Assembly (NCBI GenBank): GCA_905234245.1
Contig: CAJOGN010000005.1
Span: forward strand, 411 to 64,410
DNA from: an uncultured Lachnospiraceae bacterium
GTDB lineage: Bacteria > Bacillota > Clostridia > Lachnospirales > Lachnospiraceae
Length of the DNA stretch: 64,000 nucleotides
Direction of reading: 5' to 3'
Numbering within the stretch: position 1 is the stretch's first letter; every line of letters starts with the position of its first letter. A program made the translations under genes and the position numbers. Below, piece after piece: positions 1 to 8,370 of the stretch. Under the pieces are notes generated by a model, which was not told the DNA's origin, did no database searches, and saw only the letters and a program-made list of their open reading frames with translations.

Positions 1-636
1 ACCTCCTTCAGGATTAGAAGGGTTAGCGCCACCTTCGCCGGTATCAGAAGGATTAGTATTACCTCCACCAGTATCAGATGCACCTTCACGTAACACTCTG
101 ACTTCCTCCGCTGATAGCATTCTGCCAACACCTGTGGAATTGTCAATAAGATAAGTGCCAACCAGACTGTCTAAGCTACTAGAATTATTAGCAGCAAGAA
201 TCATACCCACGTCAGTTATTGTAGATTTAGCGGCTATATTACCATTGTAGTCAGCGTTATAGATATTAAGATTATTACTAATATCAAGATTACAATTCCA
301 TGCATTATCCTTATTTATCTGACCAGAATACGGAATAGCAAAATGCCATGAATTGACATCGTAACTGTTATGATTCTCGACTGATACATTGAATTGAGCA
401 TAGTATGAGCCGTTGCTTTCCCAACCGTTAGATTTGTTAAATGTAACAGCTAGACCTTTGAAATTACGAATAGAATCATAATTATCCCCAGCTGATAATC
501 TAGGATTAGAATTAATTGTTCTCATAGGCACAGAATAATACCCGCTAACTCCTTGATAAATGAGTATAGCCAATAATAATATAACAACGCCTATATATAA
601 TATTTTCACATCAGAATGTTTTCTCAATCCTACCAT
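1..636 (-). CDS. Membrane-anchored protein with a CBM2-like (cellulose-binding family 2-like) beta-sandwich domain. Partial: the C-terminus runs off the left edge.
   Basis: Hand translation of the minus strand from ATG 636..634 (RBS AGAGGAA upstream) is open to base 1. It gives MVGLRKHSDVKILYIGVVILLLAILIYQGVSG (TM anchor), then ..AVTFNKSNGWESNGSYYAQFNVSVENHNSYDVNSWHFAIPYSGQI..WN..YNGNI.., which matches the CBM2 W/N pattern. A G/N/P/S-rich linker follows at the edge. Confidence 0.55.
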   Translation of the reverse strand, partial: MVGLRKHSDVKILYIGVVILLLAILIYQGVSGYYSVPMRTINSNPRLSAGDNYDSIRNFKGLAVTFNKSNGWESNGSYYAQFNVSVENHNSYDVNSWHFAIPYSGQINKDNAWNCNLDISNNLNIYNADYNGNIAAKSTITDVGMILAANNSSSLDSLVGTYLIDNSTGVGRMLSAEEVRVLREGASDTGGGNTNPSDTGEGGANPSNPEGG

Positions 637-678
637 TTCCTCTCTTCTTAATATACTTTGATTATAACACTTACAACT

Positions 679-748
679 AAAAGAAGCGAGTTATGATTAT
701 ATATCTAGAGCCTGCTCTCAAAAGAAGTGAGTTATGATTATGTATCTA
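679..748. repeat. Two copies of a 29-bp direct repeat (679..707 and 720..748, 27/29 identical, period 41 bp)
   Basis: AAAAGAAGCGAGTTATGATTATATATCTA versus AAAAGAAGTGAGTTATGATTATGTATCTA, read directly. The second copy touches the stop of ORF 746..964. Confidence 0.75.
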
Positions 749-964
749 TAACTTCCTAATCAGCAGCACCACCCAAGACACAATTAAGATAATAAAGAAT
801 GACACAACAAGTCTTACCATATTGCAGTGTGCAAGCTCAACCGAAAAAAGTAGTACATATCCAAATACAATCATAATTGCAATTAGCAAAGCATAAAGAC
901 CGCTATATAATAGATCAAGCTTAGTAATTGCTCCCTTGTTCTTCTCAAAAATAAAATTCTCCAT
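746..964 (-). CDS. Small hydrophobic protein (72 aa, two predicted TM helices), unknown function
   Basis: ORF with AGGAGG 8 nt upstream of the ATG. Two long hydrophobic stretches. No recognisable family. Confidence 0.4.
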   Translation of the reverse strand: MENFIFEKNKGAITKLDLLYSGLYALLIAIMIVFGYVLLFSVELAHCNMVRLVVSFFIILIVSWVVLLIRKL

Positions 965-1133
965 AAGTCACATCCTCCTGTCATCGTCATTGTTCTATGG
1001 CATTATAACGAAAGATGTGTACAATAAAAGGGACACATCTTACGACATGTCCCAAATCTTTACTCTGATGCAACCACAAGCAATGTCACCTGAGTCAAAC
1101 GAAGCATTCCCTAACACACATCAAAGCTTTATT

Positions 1134-1706
1134 CTATAATAGATATTTAGATTCTTTTCTTAATGCAGATAGTTTTTTCTTTATTAGTGCAGCTTGCGGA
1201 AAACTATTATCCTTAATATTAAGAACATATAGATGCTCACTCATAAGTGTTAACTCAATTTTTGAAAGACCCTCTTTCGCCTCATGTGATTTTATCACGG
1301 CGTCAACAGTAAACCATTCTACTTTGAGTTTATCAATATATTCATCAGTGGATTTTTTGTCGTACTGATTATGTGCTACAACACTTGAAATACTCTGCCT
1401 CATAGTCGAAAGGGTTCCATTCTCAACTCGGTTTGACGTATGTTTATCATTCACATGCCAGTCAAGGCGTTTTCTTATTGACTCTTTTGCAGCAATTCCA
1501 ACATAAATACTGTATAGTCCATTTTTTTGTTCAATGTATGGCAAGACATCCGACTCATTTACATCCAACGCTGATAGAATAATATGTAGTTCAGATTCGT
1601 AAGCCCACCATTTATAATAACCCGGACGATCATTTGGAATATTTAATAGTTCGCATTTATTTCGCAACTTATTTGCTTCAATTATTTCATTTGCTATAAT
1701 TCTCAT
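1134..1706 (-). CDS. GIY-YIG nuclease superfamily protein
   Basis: PGYYKWW (GIY-like), YVGIAAKESIRKRL (YIG plus conserved Arg), IELTLM (Glu) and LNIKDN (Asn) occur in the canonical order. The start overlaps the upstream gene stop (ATGA-type overlap at 1703..1706). Confidence 0.65.
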   Translation of the reverse strand: MRIIANEIIEANKLRNKCELLNIPNDRPGYYKWWAYESELHIILSALDVNESDVLPYIEQKNGLYSIYVGIAAKESIRKRLDWHVNDKHTSNRVENGTLSTMRQSISSVVAHNQYDKKSTDEYIDKLKVEWFTVDAVIKSHEAKEGLSKIELTLMSEHLYVLNIKDNSFPQAALIKKKLSALRKESKYLL

Positions 1707-2137
1707 AAGCTATGTTGGTCAAGCCATTGTAACTGCATGCCAAGACCTCCCTTTCCTTTAAGTGGAATTTCATATAGATAATTATTCTTTATCAATTCAG
1801 GCTCTATAAATTCATAATAGTTTTTGCCACATAGTAAAAACAACTTATCGTTGTTTGGATCAAACTTATCACTCATCTGTTTCCATGAAACATTTGCCCA
1901 TTCAACCCTTTCTGACTTAGGTTTTCCATTTAATGTAATATCGTATGGCTCAATAATATCTGAACTATGTATCAAGTGATGTTTTGCTGACAGGATATAG
2001 ATGTCATCAGCTTTAATAATCTTCTTTGAATATTTCAATTCTTTTTGAAATAAAGTACTTTTCTGATAAAGCTCAATAGCCTCACATTTATAAGACTTCT
2101 TATCTTTCGTGCAACCAATTATAGCAATATTATTCAT
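1703..2137 (-). CDS. DUF6884-like protein
   Basis: IGCTKDKK..A.ELY.S.LF......ILSAKHHL......I.PYD.TL matches the DUF6884 signature as I remember it. Strong RBS AAGGAGG upstream. Confidence 0.6.
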   Translation of the reverse strand: MNNIAIIGCTKDKKSYKCEAIELYQKSTLFQKELKYSKKIIKADDIYILSAKHHLIHSSDIIEPYDITLNGKPKSERVEWANVSWKQMSDKFDPNNDKLFLLCGKNYYEFIEPELIKNNYLYEIPLKGKGGLGMQLQWLDQHSL

Positions 2138-2152
2138 AAAAATATTTCCTCC

Positions 2153-2438
2153 TTAATGTGCGTCCTTCCTCGTCGGCAAATGTCCGGGCATATAGCCAAT
2201 AAACGTTTTCTTTTCAACAGATGACTTCTGCTTATACAATGCGGAGAGAACCCATTAAGTGCCAAGTCTGCCATCACGAACTCGAACTTTCGTCTATACT
2301 TATCATATGTCATTCTGCATCCGGTCTGACTACGAGGTCATTGAAGAGTCTATCACTTCCTAAGAGTTCTGTGGCCTCGATATATCTCTTCTCTACTAAC
2401 GGCAGAATATCGGGGTGAATAGGAACCCCAAATCTTAC
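2153..2438 (-). pseudogene. Tyrosine recombinase (phage-integrase family) C-terminal remnant: N-terminally truncated, with an in-frame stop and frameshifts
   Basis: Minus-strand translation gives VRFGVPIHPDILPLVEKRYIEATELLGSDRLFNDLVVRPDAE*. It continues MTYDKYRRKFEFVMADLALNGFSPHC.. and, in another frame, ..FIGYMPGH..DAH*. This resembles the integrase catalytic region (HxxR / GH / Y-H) but is broken. No N-terminal part exists, because the ALDH gene stop lies at 2460. Confidence 0.6.
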
Positions 2439-2459
2439 AATCAACACTTAATAATCATA

Positions 2460-3866
2460 TTATTTTTCAAATAATTTAATGAACTTTTCTTTTAGTATTC
2501 TCTTTTCATAAGGATGCTCTCGCATAGGCAGGTTAAAATGTGTACTACCATATAACACTGTCTGTGGATGAGTAAATTCTCTGAATCCCCATTCACCATG
2601 ATAAGCTCCCATACCGGAATGGCCTGTACCATTAAATGGAACACCCTTAACCATAATATGCAAGCATACTTCATTAACACATCCACCGCCGAATTGTTGC
2701 GTACTCATAATATGCTCTGCCCACTCTATATCCTTGGTAAATAGATATAGTGCCAAGCCATGCTCTCTGCTTGCAATATTATCCATAAGCTCATCAATCT
2801 TGTTATCATCATATACGATAATAGGAAGAAGTGGTGAGAATAATTCGCGATTAACTATCTCCTCTTCCAGACCAACAGGATATATTATTGTAGGCTCAAA
2901 TCTTCTACTCCTCCTACTACCATTACCGCCGTATACTATCCTGTCAGAATATTTCTTGGCTGTTTTAGCACATTTGTCATATGCAGCCTTGGTAATAAGC
3001 TTAGGATATTCCTTATTTCTAGCAGCATTAGGTACCTGTCTCTTGAACTCCTTCTTAAGAGCCTTAATGAACTTATCAGCCACCTCAGAAGCAACTGCCA
3101 CCTGATTAACATTAATACATATCTGCCCTGCATTTAACGACTTGAAGAACGCAATCTTTCTTGCTGCATCCTTAATATCTGCATCTTTTCTTACAACAGC
3201 AAAATTACCCTCTTCTCCACCAAGTTCAAGCGCAACAGGTGTAAGGTTCTTAGCTGCCATCTCTAATATATGCTTAGCTACACGAGGCGAACCTGTATAG
3301 AATATCTTGTCGAATCTCTCTTCAAGACACATATCAGCCACATCATGACCACCATCAACAATAGCTACGAATTTTGAAGGGAATATCTCTTCTATCAATT
3401 CCTGCATTGCCTTCGTACAATTAGGTGTCTTAGAGCTTGCCTTAATAACTGCTGTATTACCACCTGATATAGCTGCTATAAGCACACCAAGGGATAAAAG
3501 AATTGGGAAGTTGAATGGACTTATTATAAGAGTTGTACCATAAGGCATCTTATACACCTTCGTAATCATACTAGGGAAGCAGGTTAGACCTGAGAAATGT
3601 GTCTCAGTCTTAGCATACTTATCTAATCCCTTAAGTGTCTCATTTGCTTCAAGCACAACTGTTCCTATATCACAAAAATACGCTTCAAGGCCATGACGAC
3701 CTAAGTCTTTATATAAGGCTTTCTTAAGGTCATCCTCATGTCTTATTACAGCATCACGAAGGCGAATAATAGCCTTCTTTCTGAAATTAAGATCTAATGT
3801 CTTATTAGTTCGAAAGAACTTGTTTTGTTTTTGTACCAACTCATGAATGTTTTCTTTTGTCCACAT
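2460..3866 (-). CDS. Aldehyde dehydrogenase family protein (class-3-like, NAD(P)+)
   Basis: 468 aa. Has LELGGEEG (ELGG motif) and NAGQICINVN (catalytic Cys). Length and layout are typical of the ALDH superfamily. Confidence 0.9.
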   Translation of the reverse strand: MWTKENIHELVQKQNKFFRTNKTLDLNFRKKAIIRLRDAVIRHEDDLKKALYKDLGRHGLEAYFCDIGTVVLEANETLKGLDKYAKTETHFSGLTCFPSMITKVYKMPYGTTLIISPFNFPILLSLGVLIAAISGGNTAVIKASSKTPNCTKAMQELIEEIFPSKFVAIVDGGHDVADMCLEERFDKIFYTGSPRVAKHILEMAAKNLTPVALELGGEEGNFAVVRKDADIKDAARKIAFFKSLNAGQICINVNQVAVASEVADKFIKALKKEFKRQVPNAARNKEYPKLITKAAYDKCAKTAKKYSDRIVYGGNGSRRSRRFEPTIIYPVGLEEEIVNRELFSPLLPIIVYDDNKIDELMDNIASREHGLALYLFTKDIEWAEHIMSTQQFGGGCVNEVCLHIMVKGVPFNGTGHSGMGAYHGEWGFREFTHPQTVLYGSTHFNLPMREHPYEKRILKEKFIKLFEK

Positions 3867-3889
3867 AATAAAACCCCCTTTTATTCATG

Positions 3890-4666
3890 TCACATCTTCT
3901 TTTCCTGCCATTTTGCTGCGAAATCAAGCAACGCTCCATCTGGTGCAAACTTGCGAAGCACATAGGTTGCCTTAACTACCAGACCCGGTAGAATTATTTC
4001 CTTCTTATTGTACATTTTCCTGATTGCATATTTCGCAAGGCTTCTAGGCTTCATTCCCTTAGCCTCTGCGTCAATTCCAGCTGCCTCATTAAAGCCAGTT
4101 GGAACTGGTCCAGGACACAATGCTCCAACATATACATTAGACTCAGCAACCTTGGCTTCTCTAGCAATCGCTCTTGTCATATTAAGGACATAAGCCTTAG
4201 TTGCATAATATGTTGCCATATAAGGTGAGCCAGGCATATATCCAGCAGAGCTTGCAATATTAAGAATATAGCCTCTGTTCTTCTCAAGCATATCATATAA
4301 GAACAGCTTCGTTAATACATGAACACCAGTAATATTAGTATTAATCATATTTATTTCTCTATCAAGGTCAATGTCATCGAAGTCACCAAGGGCTCCGAAG
4401 CCTGCTCCATTAATTAACACCTGAACATCAAGATGCTTGTGTTTTTCATAGAGCGCCTTGCATTCATCCACATTTGACACATCACACACGTAGTATTTAC
4501 ATTTATGATTATAGAAATGTGTTCTTGAAATGTGATTATATTCCTTAGCTAGCTGCTTGAGCTTATCTTCACTCCTGGCAACAAGAATGATATCAAGGCG
4601 TGATAATAGACATCTTGCCATCTCTTTGCCAATACCTGAAGATGCTCCCGTTATTATTGCATACAT
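3890..4666 (-). CDS. SDR family oxidoreductase
   Basis: TGASSGIG cofactor motif at the N-terminus and YYATKAY (YxxxK) active site. 258 aa. Confidence 0.9.
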   Translation of the reverse strand: MYAIITGASSGIGKEMARCLLSRLDIILVARSEDKLKQLAKEYNHISRTHFYNHKCKYYVCDVSNVDECKALYEKHKHLDVQVLINGAGFGALGDFDDIDLDREINMINTNITGVHVLTKLFLYDMLEKNRGYILNIASSAGYMPGSPYMATYYATKAYVLNMTRAIAREAKVAESNVYVGALCPGPVPTGFNEAAGIDAEAKGMKPRSLAKYAIRKMYNKKEIILPGLVVKATYVLRKFAPDGALLDFAAKWQEKKM

Positions 4667-4686
4667 ATTAATTCCTCCTAGTTTAT

Positions 4687-4806
4687 ATGTGCAGGCACTA
4701 TAGCTTACTTATGTATCAACTAACATATACCTTCACGCTCATACAGAAAATCGCTTAGAAGGTATATGTTAGCTGATACGATACTTAGTAGCATTCACCT
4801 GCACAT
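4687..4806. repeat. Conserved-loop hairpin, copy A (apex TCATACAGAAAATC at 4739..4752)
   Basis: ATGTGCAGG pairs with CCTGCACAT and CTAACATATACCTTC pairs with GAAGGTATATGTTAG. These stems flank CGCTCATACAGAAAATCGCTTA. Lies between the permease stop and the SDR start. Confidence 0.75.
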
Positions 4807-4833
4807 TTTAATTATATTAATGTATATTATACA

Positions 4834-6198
4834 TCAGAACAACGCAAATTTAAGTACAAAAAGACCTGCCAAAATGTACATTAGTGGTTTAATGGACTTA
4901 TAGTTGCCTGCTATTAAGTTAATTACTACATAAGAGATTATACCAACACCAATTCCATCAGATATACTGTATAGCATAGGCATACATATAAAGCATAGAT
5001 ATGCAGGAATTGACTCTGCCGGGTTTTTGAAATTAATGTCTACGACGTTCATGGCCATTAAGAATCCAACAAATATTAATGCTGGGGCAACGGCAAATCC
5101 TGGAATCGCAATGAATATAGGACCAATCACAAGAGACACAAGGAACAGTATTCCTGTAACAATTGATGTAAGTCCAGTTCTTCCACCCTCGTTAATTCCT
5201 GCTGAGCTTTCAACATAAATTGTAGTTGTTGATGTTCCACTTACTGCACCAAAAGCATTTGCAATGGAATCAGCAACTAAGGCCCTCTTCATTCCACGCA
5301 CTTTACCATCTTCATTTACCATAGAGGTATTAGCAGTGCAGCCAAGCAAAGAGCCCATTACATTGAATAGGTCTACAAATAACAGGGAGAACACTATAGA
5401 TATAATATCAACAATTCTAACACTGGATAAATCCACGCTAAAGCATGCCGCAAACGAATCAGAGAAGCTTCCAAATCCGTCAAATATAAACTTAGTTGGA
5501 ATAACGGATGGGGTATCTGGTCCAACCTCATATAGACCTGTAAGCTGGGCAATAATTCCAAGCACCCATGAGACTCCAACACCAATAAGTATCGAGCCCT
5601 TCACCTTCCTAACATGGAAGATACCAATCACAATTATTCCTATCAGGCATAAAACTGCAGATATTCCGTCAGTGTGAAATCTTCCATTAAAGTCAACAAT
5701 CTTAACAAGGGTATCATCAGATGCAACCACTACCTTGCCCTTCTGCAATCCGATAAATGCGATAAAAAGCCCAATTCCAACGGTAAGACCTTTCACTAAA
5801 TCCTTGGGAATTGCATTGAAGAGAAATGTAGTAACATTAGTCAGCGTCAATACAAGAAATATAACTGCTTCAATAAATACGCATAGCAAGCCTAATTGCC
5901 ATGGAAGCCCCATTAAGTTGCACACTTCGTAGGTAATATAAGCATTAAGGCCAAGTCCTGGGGCTAATGCAAATGGCAGATTAGAAAAACACGCCATAAG
6001 TAATGTTCCAACACCTGATGCAAGGGCTGTTGCAACGAATACTGCATTTGCATCCATGCCAGTCTCACTTAGAATTGCAGGATTGACTGCAAGGATATAT
6101 GCCATAGTAACAAATGTAGTTAGACCAGCAATTAATTCTGTTTTCGTATTTGTCTTGTTTTCTCGAAATCTAAATATTCTCTCTAACATATCTAACAT
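4834..6198 (-). CDS. NCS2 family nucleobase permease (AzgA/PbuG-like adenine/guanine/hypoxanthine transporter)
   Basis: ..ENKTNTKTELIAGLTTFVTMAYILAVNP.. is the typical N-terminus of this family, and the protein is multi-TM. The start is trimmed to ATG 6198, because the longer ORF (6255) would run through the yajC terminator hairpin. Confidence 0.85.
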   Translation of the reverse strand: MLDMLERIFRFRENKTNTKTELIAGLTTFVTMAYILAVNPAILSETGMDANAVFVATALASGVGTLLMACFSNLPFALAPGLGLNAYITYEVCNLMGLPWQLGLLCVFIEAVIFLVLTLTNVTTFLFNAIPKDLVKGLTVGIGLFIAFIGLQKGKVVVASDDTLVKIVDFNGRFHTDGISAVLCLIGIIVIGIFHVRKVKGSILIGVGVSWVLGIIAQLTGLYEVGPDTPSVIPTKFIFDGFGSFSDSFAACFSVDLSSVRIVDIISIVFSLLFVDLFNVMGSLLGCTANTSMVNEDGKVRGMKRALVADSIANAFGAVSGTSTTTIYVESSAGINEGGRTGLTSIVTGILFLVSLVIGPIFIAIPGFAVAPALIFVGFLMAMNVVDINFKNPAESIPAYLCFICMPMLYSISDGIGVGIISYVVINLIAGNYKSIKPLMYILAGLFVLKFALF

Positions 6199-6212
6199 TA
6201 TATCACAAATAC

Positions 6213-6270
6213 AAAAAAGCTTCGCCCTCGCCGAAAAAATATATTTAATCGGCAAATTAAGGCGAAGCTT
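6213..6270 (-). terminator. Putative intrinsic terminator downstream of yajC
   Basis: On the minus strand AAGCTTCGCC ... GGCGAAGCTT (10 bp), with an inner TGCCGA/TCGGCG pairing, is followed by TTTTTTG. Confidence 0.55.
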
Positions 6271-6286
6271 AATCTTACTATAATTA

Positions 6287-6724
6287 TTATTTGTTGTTCT
6301 TTCTAGCTTCCTTCTCTTCCTTCTTCTTACGCTTAGCTTCTTCCTTAGCAGTTTGAGCCTCTTTACGCTCTTGTGCTGCCTTAGCGTTAGCCTCTGCGTC
6401 TTCAGGCTTCTCTACACTAGTGATTGCAGATTTCTGCATAGGGATACGGCAGTTCTTATTGCTTCCGAACTCAACAATAACAACATCCTCACCTATGTCA
6501 ATAATTACACCGTAGAAACCGCTTGATGTAAGTACTGTATCTCCAACTGCCATGTTATTAAGCATAGCGTCCTTTCTCTGCTTCTCCTTATTAGATGGAC
6601 GAATCATGAAGAAATACATAAGTACGAATAAACCAATGATCATTATGATCATTCCGTATTTACCAAAAAAGCCGGCAAAACCTGAAGCCTGCTCAGTTGC
6701 CTCTAATAATAATCCAAAATTCAT
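6287..6724 (-). CDS. yajC: Preprotein translocase subunit YajC with a long Lys/Glu/Ala-rich C-terminal tail
   Basis: One TM helix followed by MIRPSNKEKQRKDAMLNNMAVGDTVLTSSGFYGVI..., the YajC signature. Conserved position next to tgt. Confidence 0.85.
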   Translation of the reverse strand: MNFGLLLEATEQASGFAGFFGKYGMIIMIIGLFVLMYFFMIRPSNKEKQRKDAMLNNMAVGDTVLTSSGFYGVIIDIGEDVVIVEFGSNKNCRIPMQKSAITSVEKPEDAEANAKAAQERKEAQTAKEEAKRKKKEEKEARKNNK

Positions 6725-6853
6725 TAGATAATCCTCCTATTTCTTAAAATACCATTCAACATTTTACATAATATTGTAATATATATCAAGTAAAAATTGG
6801 TTATTTTAAGTATTTGTGATTATATGGCAAAAGGCTCCTGCTTTCTTACCTTA

Positions 6854-7135
6854 TTATACACTCCACCTATGCTTACATTTTTCACAGTAGCAACGGTCAT
6901 TATAGTGACTGCTTGGGGTATAGACAACATCATCACCAGTTGCACCACATTTTGGGCAAGTATAATCACCACCTCCAAAGCATCCGCCACCTGATACTGC
7001 CTCAAGCTGCTCATCGTTTAGCACTACTCCTTCTTCCTTGGCAAGAGCTAATATCTCATCAGAATTCTTACATTCTTCAACTTTTTTTATTTGCTCATCA
7101 GTTAATCCCTTTAATAATTCTTTTCTCATAGTCAT
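6854..7135 (-). CDS. Nif11-like-leader / double-glycine peptide precursor with a Cys-rich, zinc-ribbon-like core
   Basis: The leader LTDEQIKKVEECKNSDEILALAKEEGVVLNDEQLEAVSGG ends in GG. The core GCFGGGDYTCPKCGATGDDVVYTPSSHYNDRCYCEKCKHRWSV has 6 Cys. RBS spacing favours the second ATG at 7129. Confidence 0.65.
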   Translation of the reverse strand: MTMRKELLKGLTDEQIKKVEECKNSDEILALAKEEGVVLNDEQLEAVSGGGCFGGGDYTCPKCGATGDDVVYTPSSHYNDRCYCEKCKHRWSV

Positions 7136-7239
7136 TATCTCCTCGTCTAGTTAATACATTTTGATAATAATATTTATCACTATTATCATTTTATCCTACA
7201 CTTATATATACACATTTAATACAAAAAAAGCGACATTTA

Positions 7240-8370
7240 TTATAATATATCGTCTAAATGTTCTGACTTGGTCTTCTTGTATTCTGCGAATCTGTTATCT
7301 TCTATGGCCTCTCGTATCTCTTCCATCATAGTGTTATAGAAGTACAGATTATGTAGCACGCATAGTCTCATTCCAAGCATCTCCTTACTCATAACAAGAT
7401 GCCTTATATACGCTCTTGAATAATTTCTGCAGGCCGGACAATTACAGCCCTCTTCTATTGGACGAGGGTCCAGCTTATACTTCTCATTTCGTATATTAAC
7501 CTTGCCAAGATTGGTATACAGCTGGCCATGTCTTGCATTCCTACTAGGATATACACAATCGAAGAAGTCAACACCTCGTTCAACCGCTTCAAGAATGTTA
7601 TTAGGAGTTCCTACTCCCATTAGATATACAGGCTTGTCCTCTGGCAAATGGGGAACAGTCACATCAAGGATTCTATACATCTCTTCATGTGTCTCACCTA
7701 CTGCCAGACCACCGATGGCGTATCCATCAAGGTTCATATCAGCAATCTCGTCAGCGTGGTTAATTCTAATATCCTCGAATATAGCCCCCTGATTAATGCC
7801 GAACAATAACTGATTCTTATTAATCGTAGACTCGTTAGAGTTAAGCTCATCCATCTTAGTCTTACATCTTCTAAGCCACCTCGTAGTTCTTGCAACGGAT
7901 TCCTCAACATACTCTCTTGATGCCTTACTGCTTGGACACTCGTCAAATGCCATTGCAATGGTAGATGCAAGATTAGACTGAATAGTCATACTTTCCTCTG
8001 GACCCATAAACAGCTTCCTGCCATCAATATGGGAATTGAACATTACACCTTCTTCTTTTATCTTACGAAGCTTCGCTAGAGAGAATACCTGAAATCCACC
8101 AGAATCAGTAAGAATAGGCTTGTCCCATACCATGAACTTATGAAGTCCACCGAATTCTTTGATTAGTTCATCCCCAGGACGAACATGTAAATGATATGTG
8201 TTAGAAAGCTGAACCTGCGTCTTAATTTCCTGTAAATCAACTGTTGATACAGCACCTTTGATAGCCGCAGAGGTTCCAACATTCATAAAAACAGGGGTCT
8301 GTATATCACCATGAACAGTTGATAATACAGCCCTCTTTGCTTTGCCATCTTTATTAATAATCTTATACAT
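7240..8370 (-). CDS. tgt: tRNA-guanine transglycosylase (queuine tRNA-ribosyltransferase)
   Basis: TPVFMNVGT, DSGGFQ, zinc site CxCxxC (CNCPACRNY) ... H. 376 aa. Confidence 0.95.
   Translation of the reverse strand: MYKIINKDGKAKRAVLSTVHGDIQTPVFMNVGTSAAIKGAVSTVDLQEIKTQVQLSNTYHLHVRPGDELIKEFGGLHKFMVWDKPILTDSGGFQVFSLAKLRKIKEEGVMFNSHIDGRKLFMGPEESMTIQSNLASTIAMAFDECPSSKASREYVEESVARTTRWLRRCKTKMDELNSNESTINKNQLLFGINQGAIFEDIRINHADEIADMNLDGYAIGGLAVGETHEEMYRILDVTVPHLPEDKPVYLMGVGTPNNILEAVERGVDFFDCVYPSRNARHGQLYTNLGKVNIRNEKYKLDPRPIEEGCNCPACRNYSRAYIRHLVMSKEMLGMRLCVLHNLYFYNTMMEEIREAIEDNRFAEYKKTKSEHLDDIL

Noticed and set aside
6199-6286. Purine riboswitch expected upstream of the NCS2 nucleobase permease
   Set aside because: The only structure in the 90-bp spacer is the yajC terminator hairpin. 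None of the conserved guanine/adenine riboswitch junction sequences are present.
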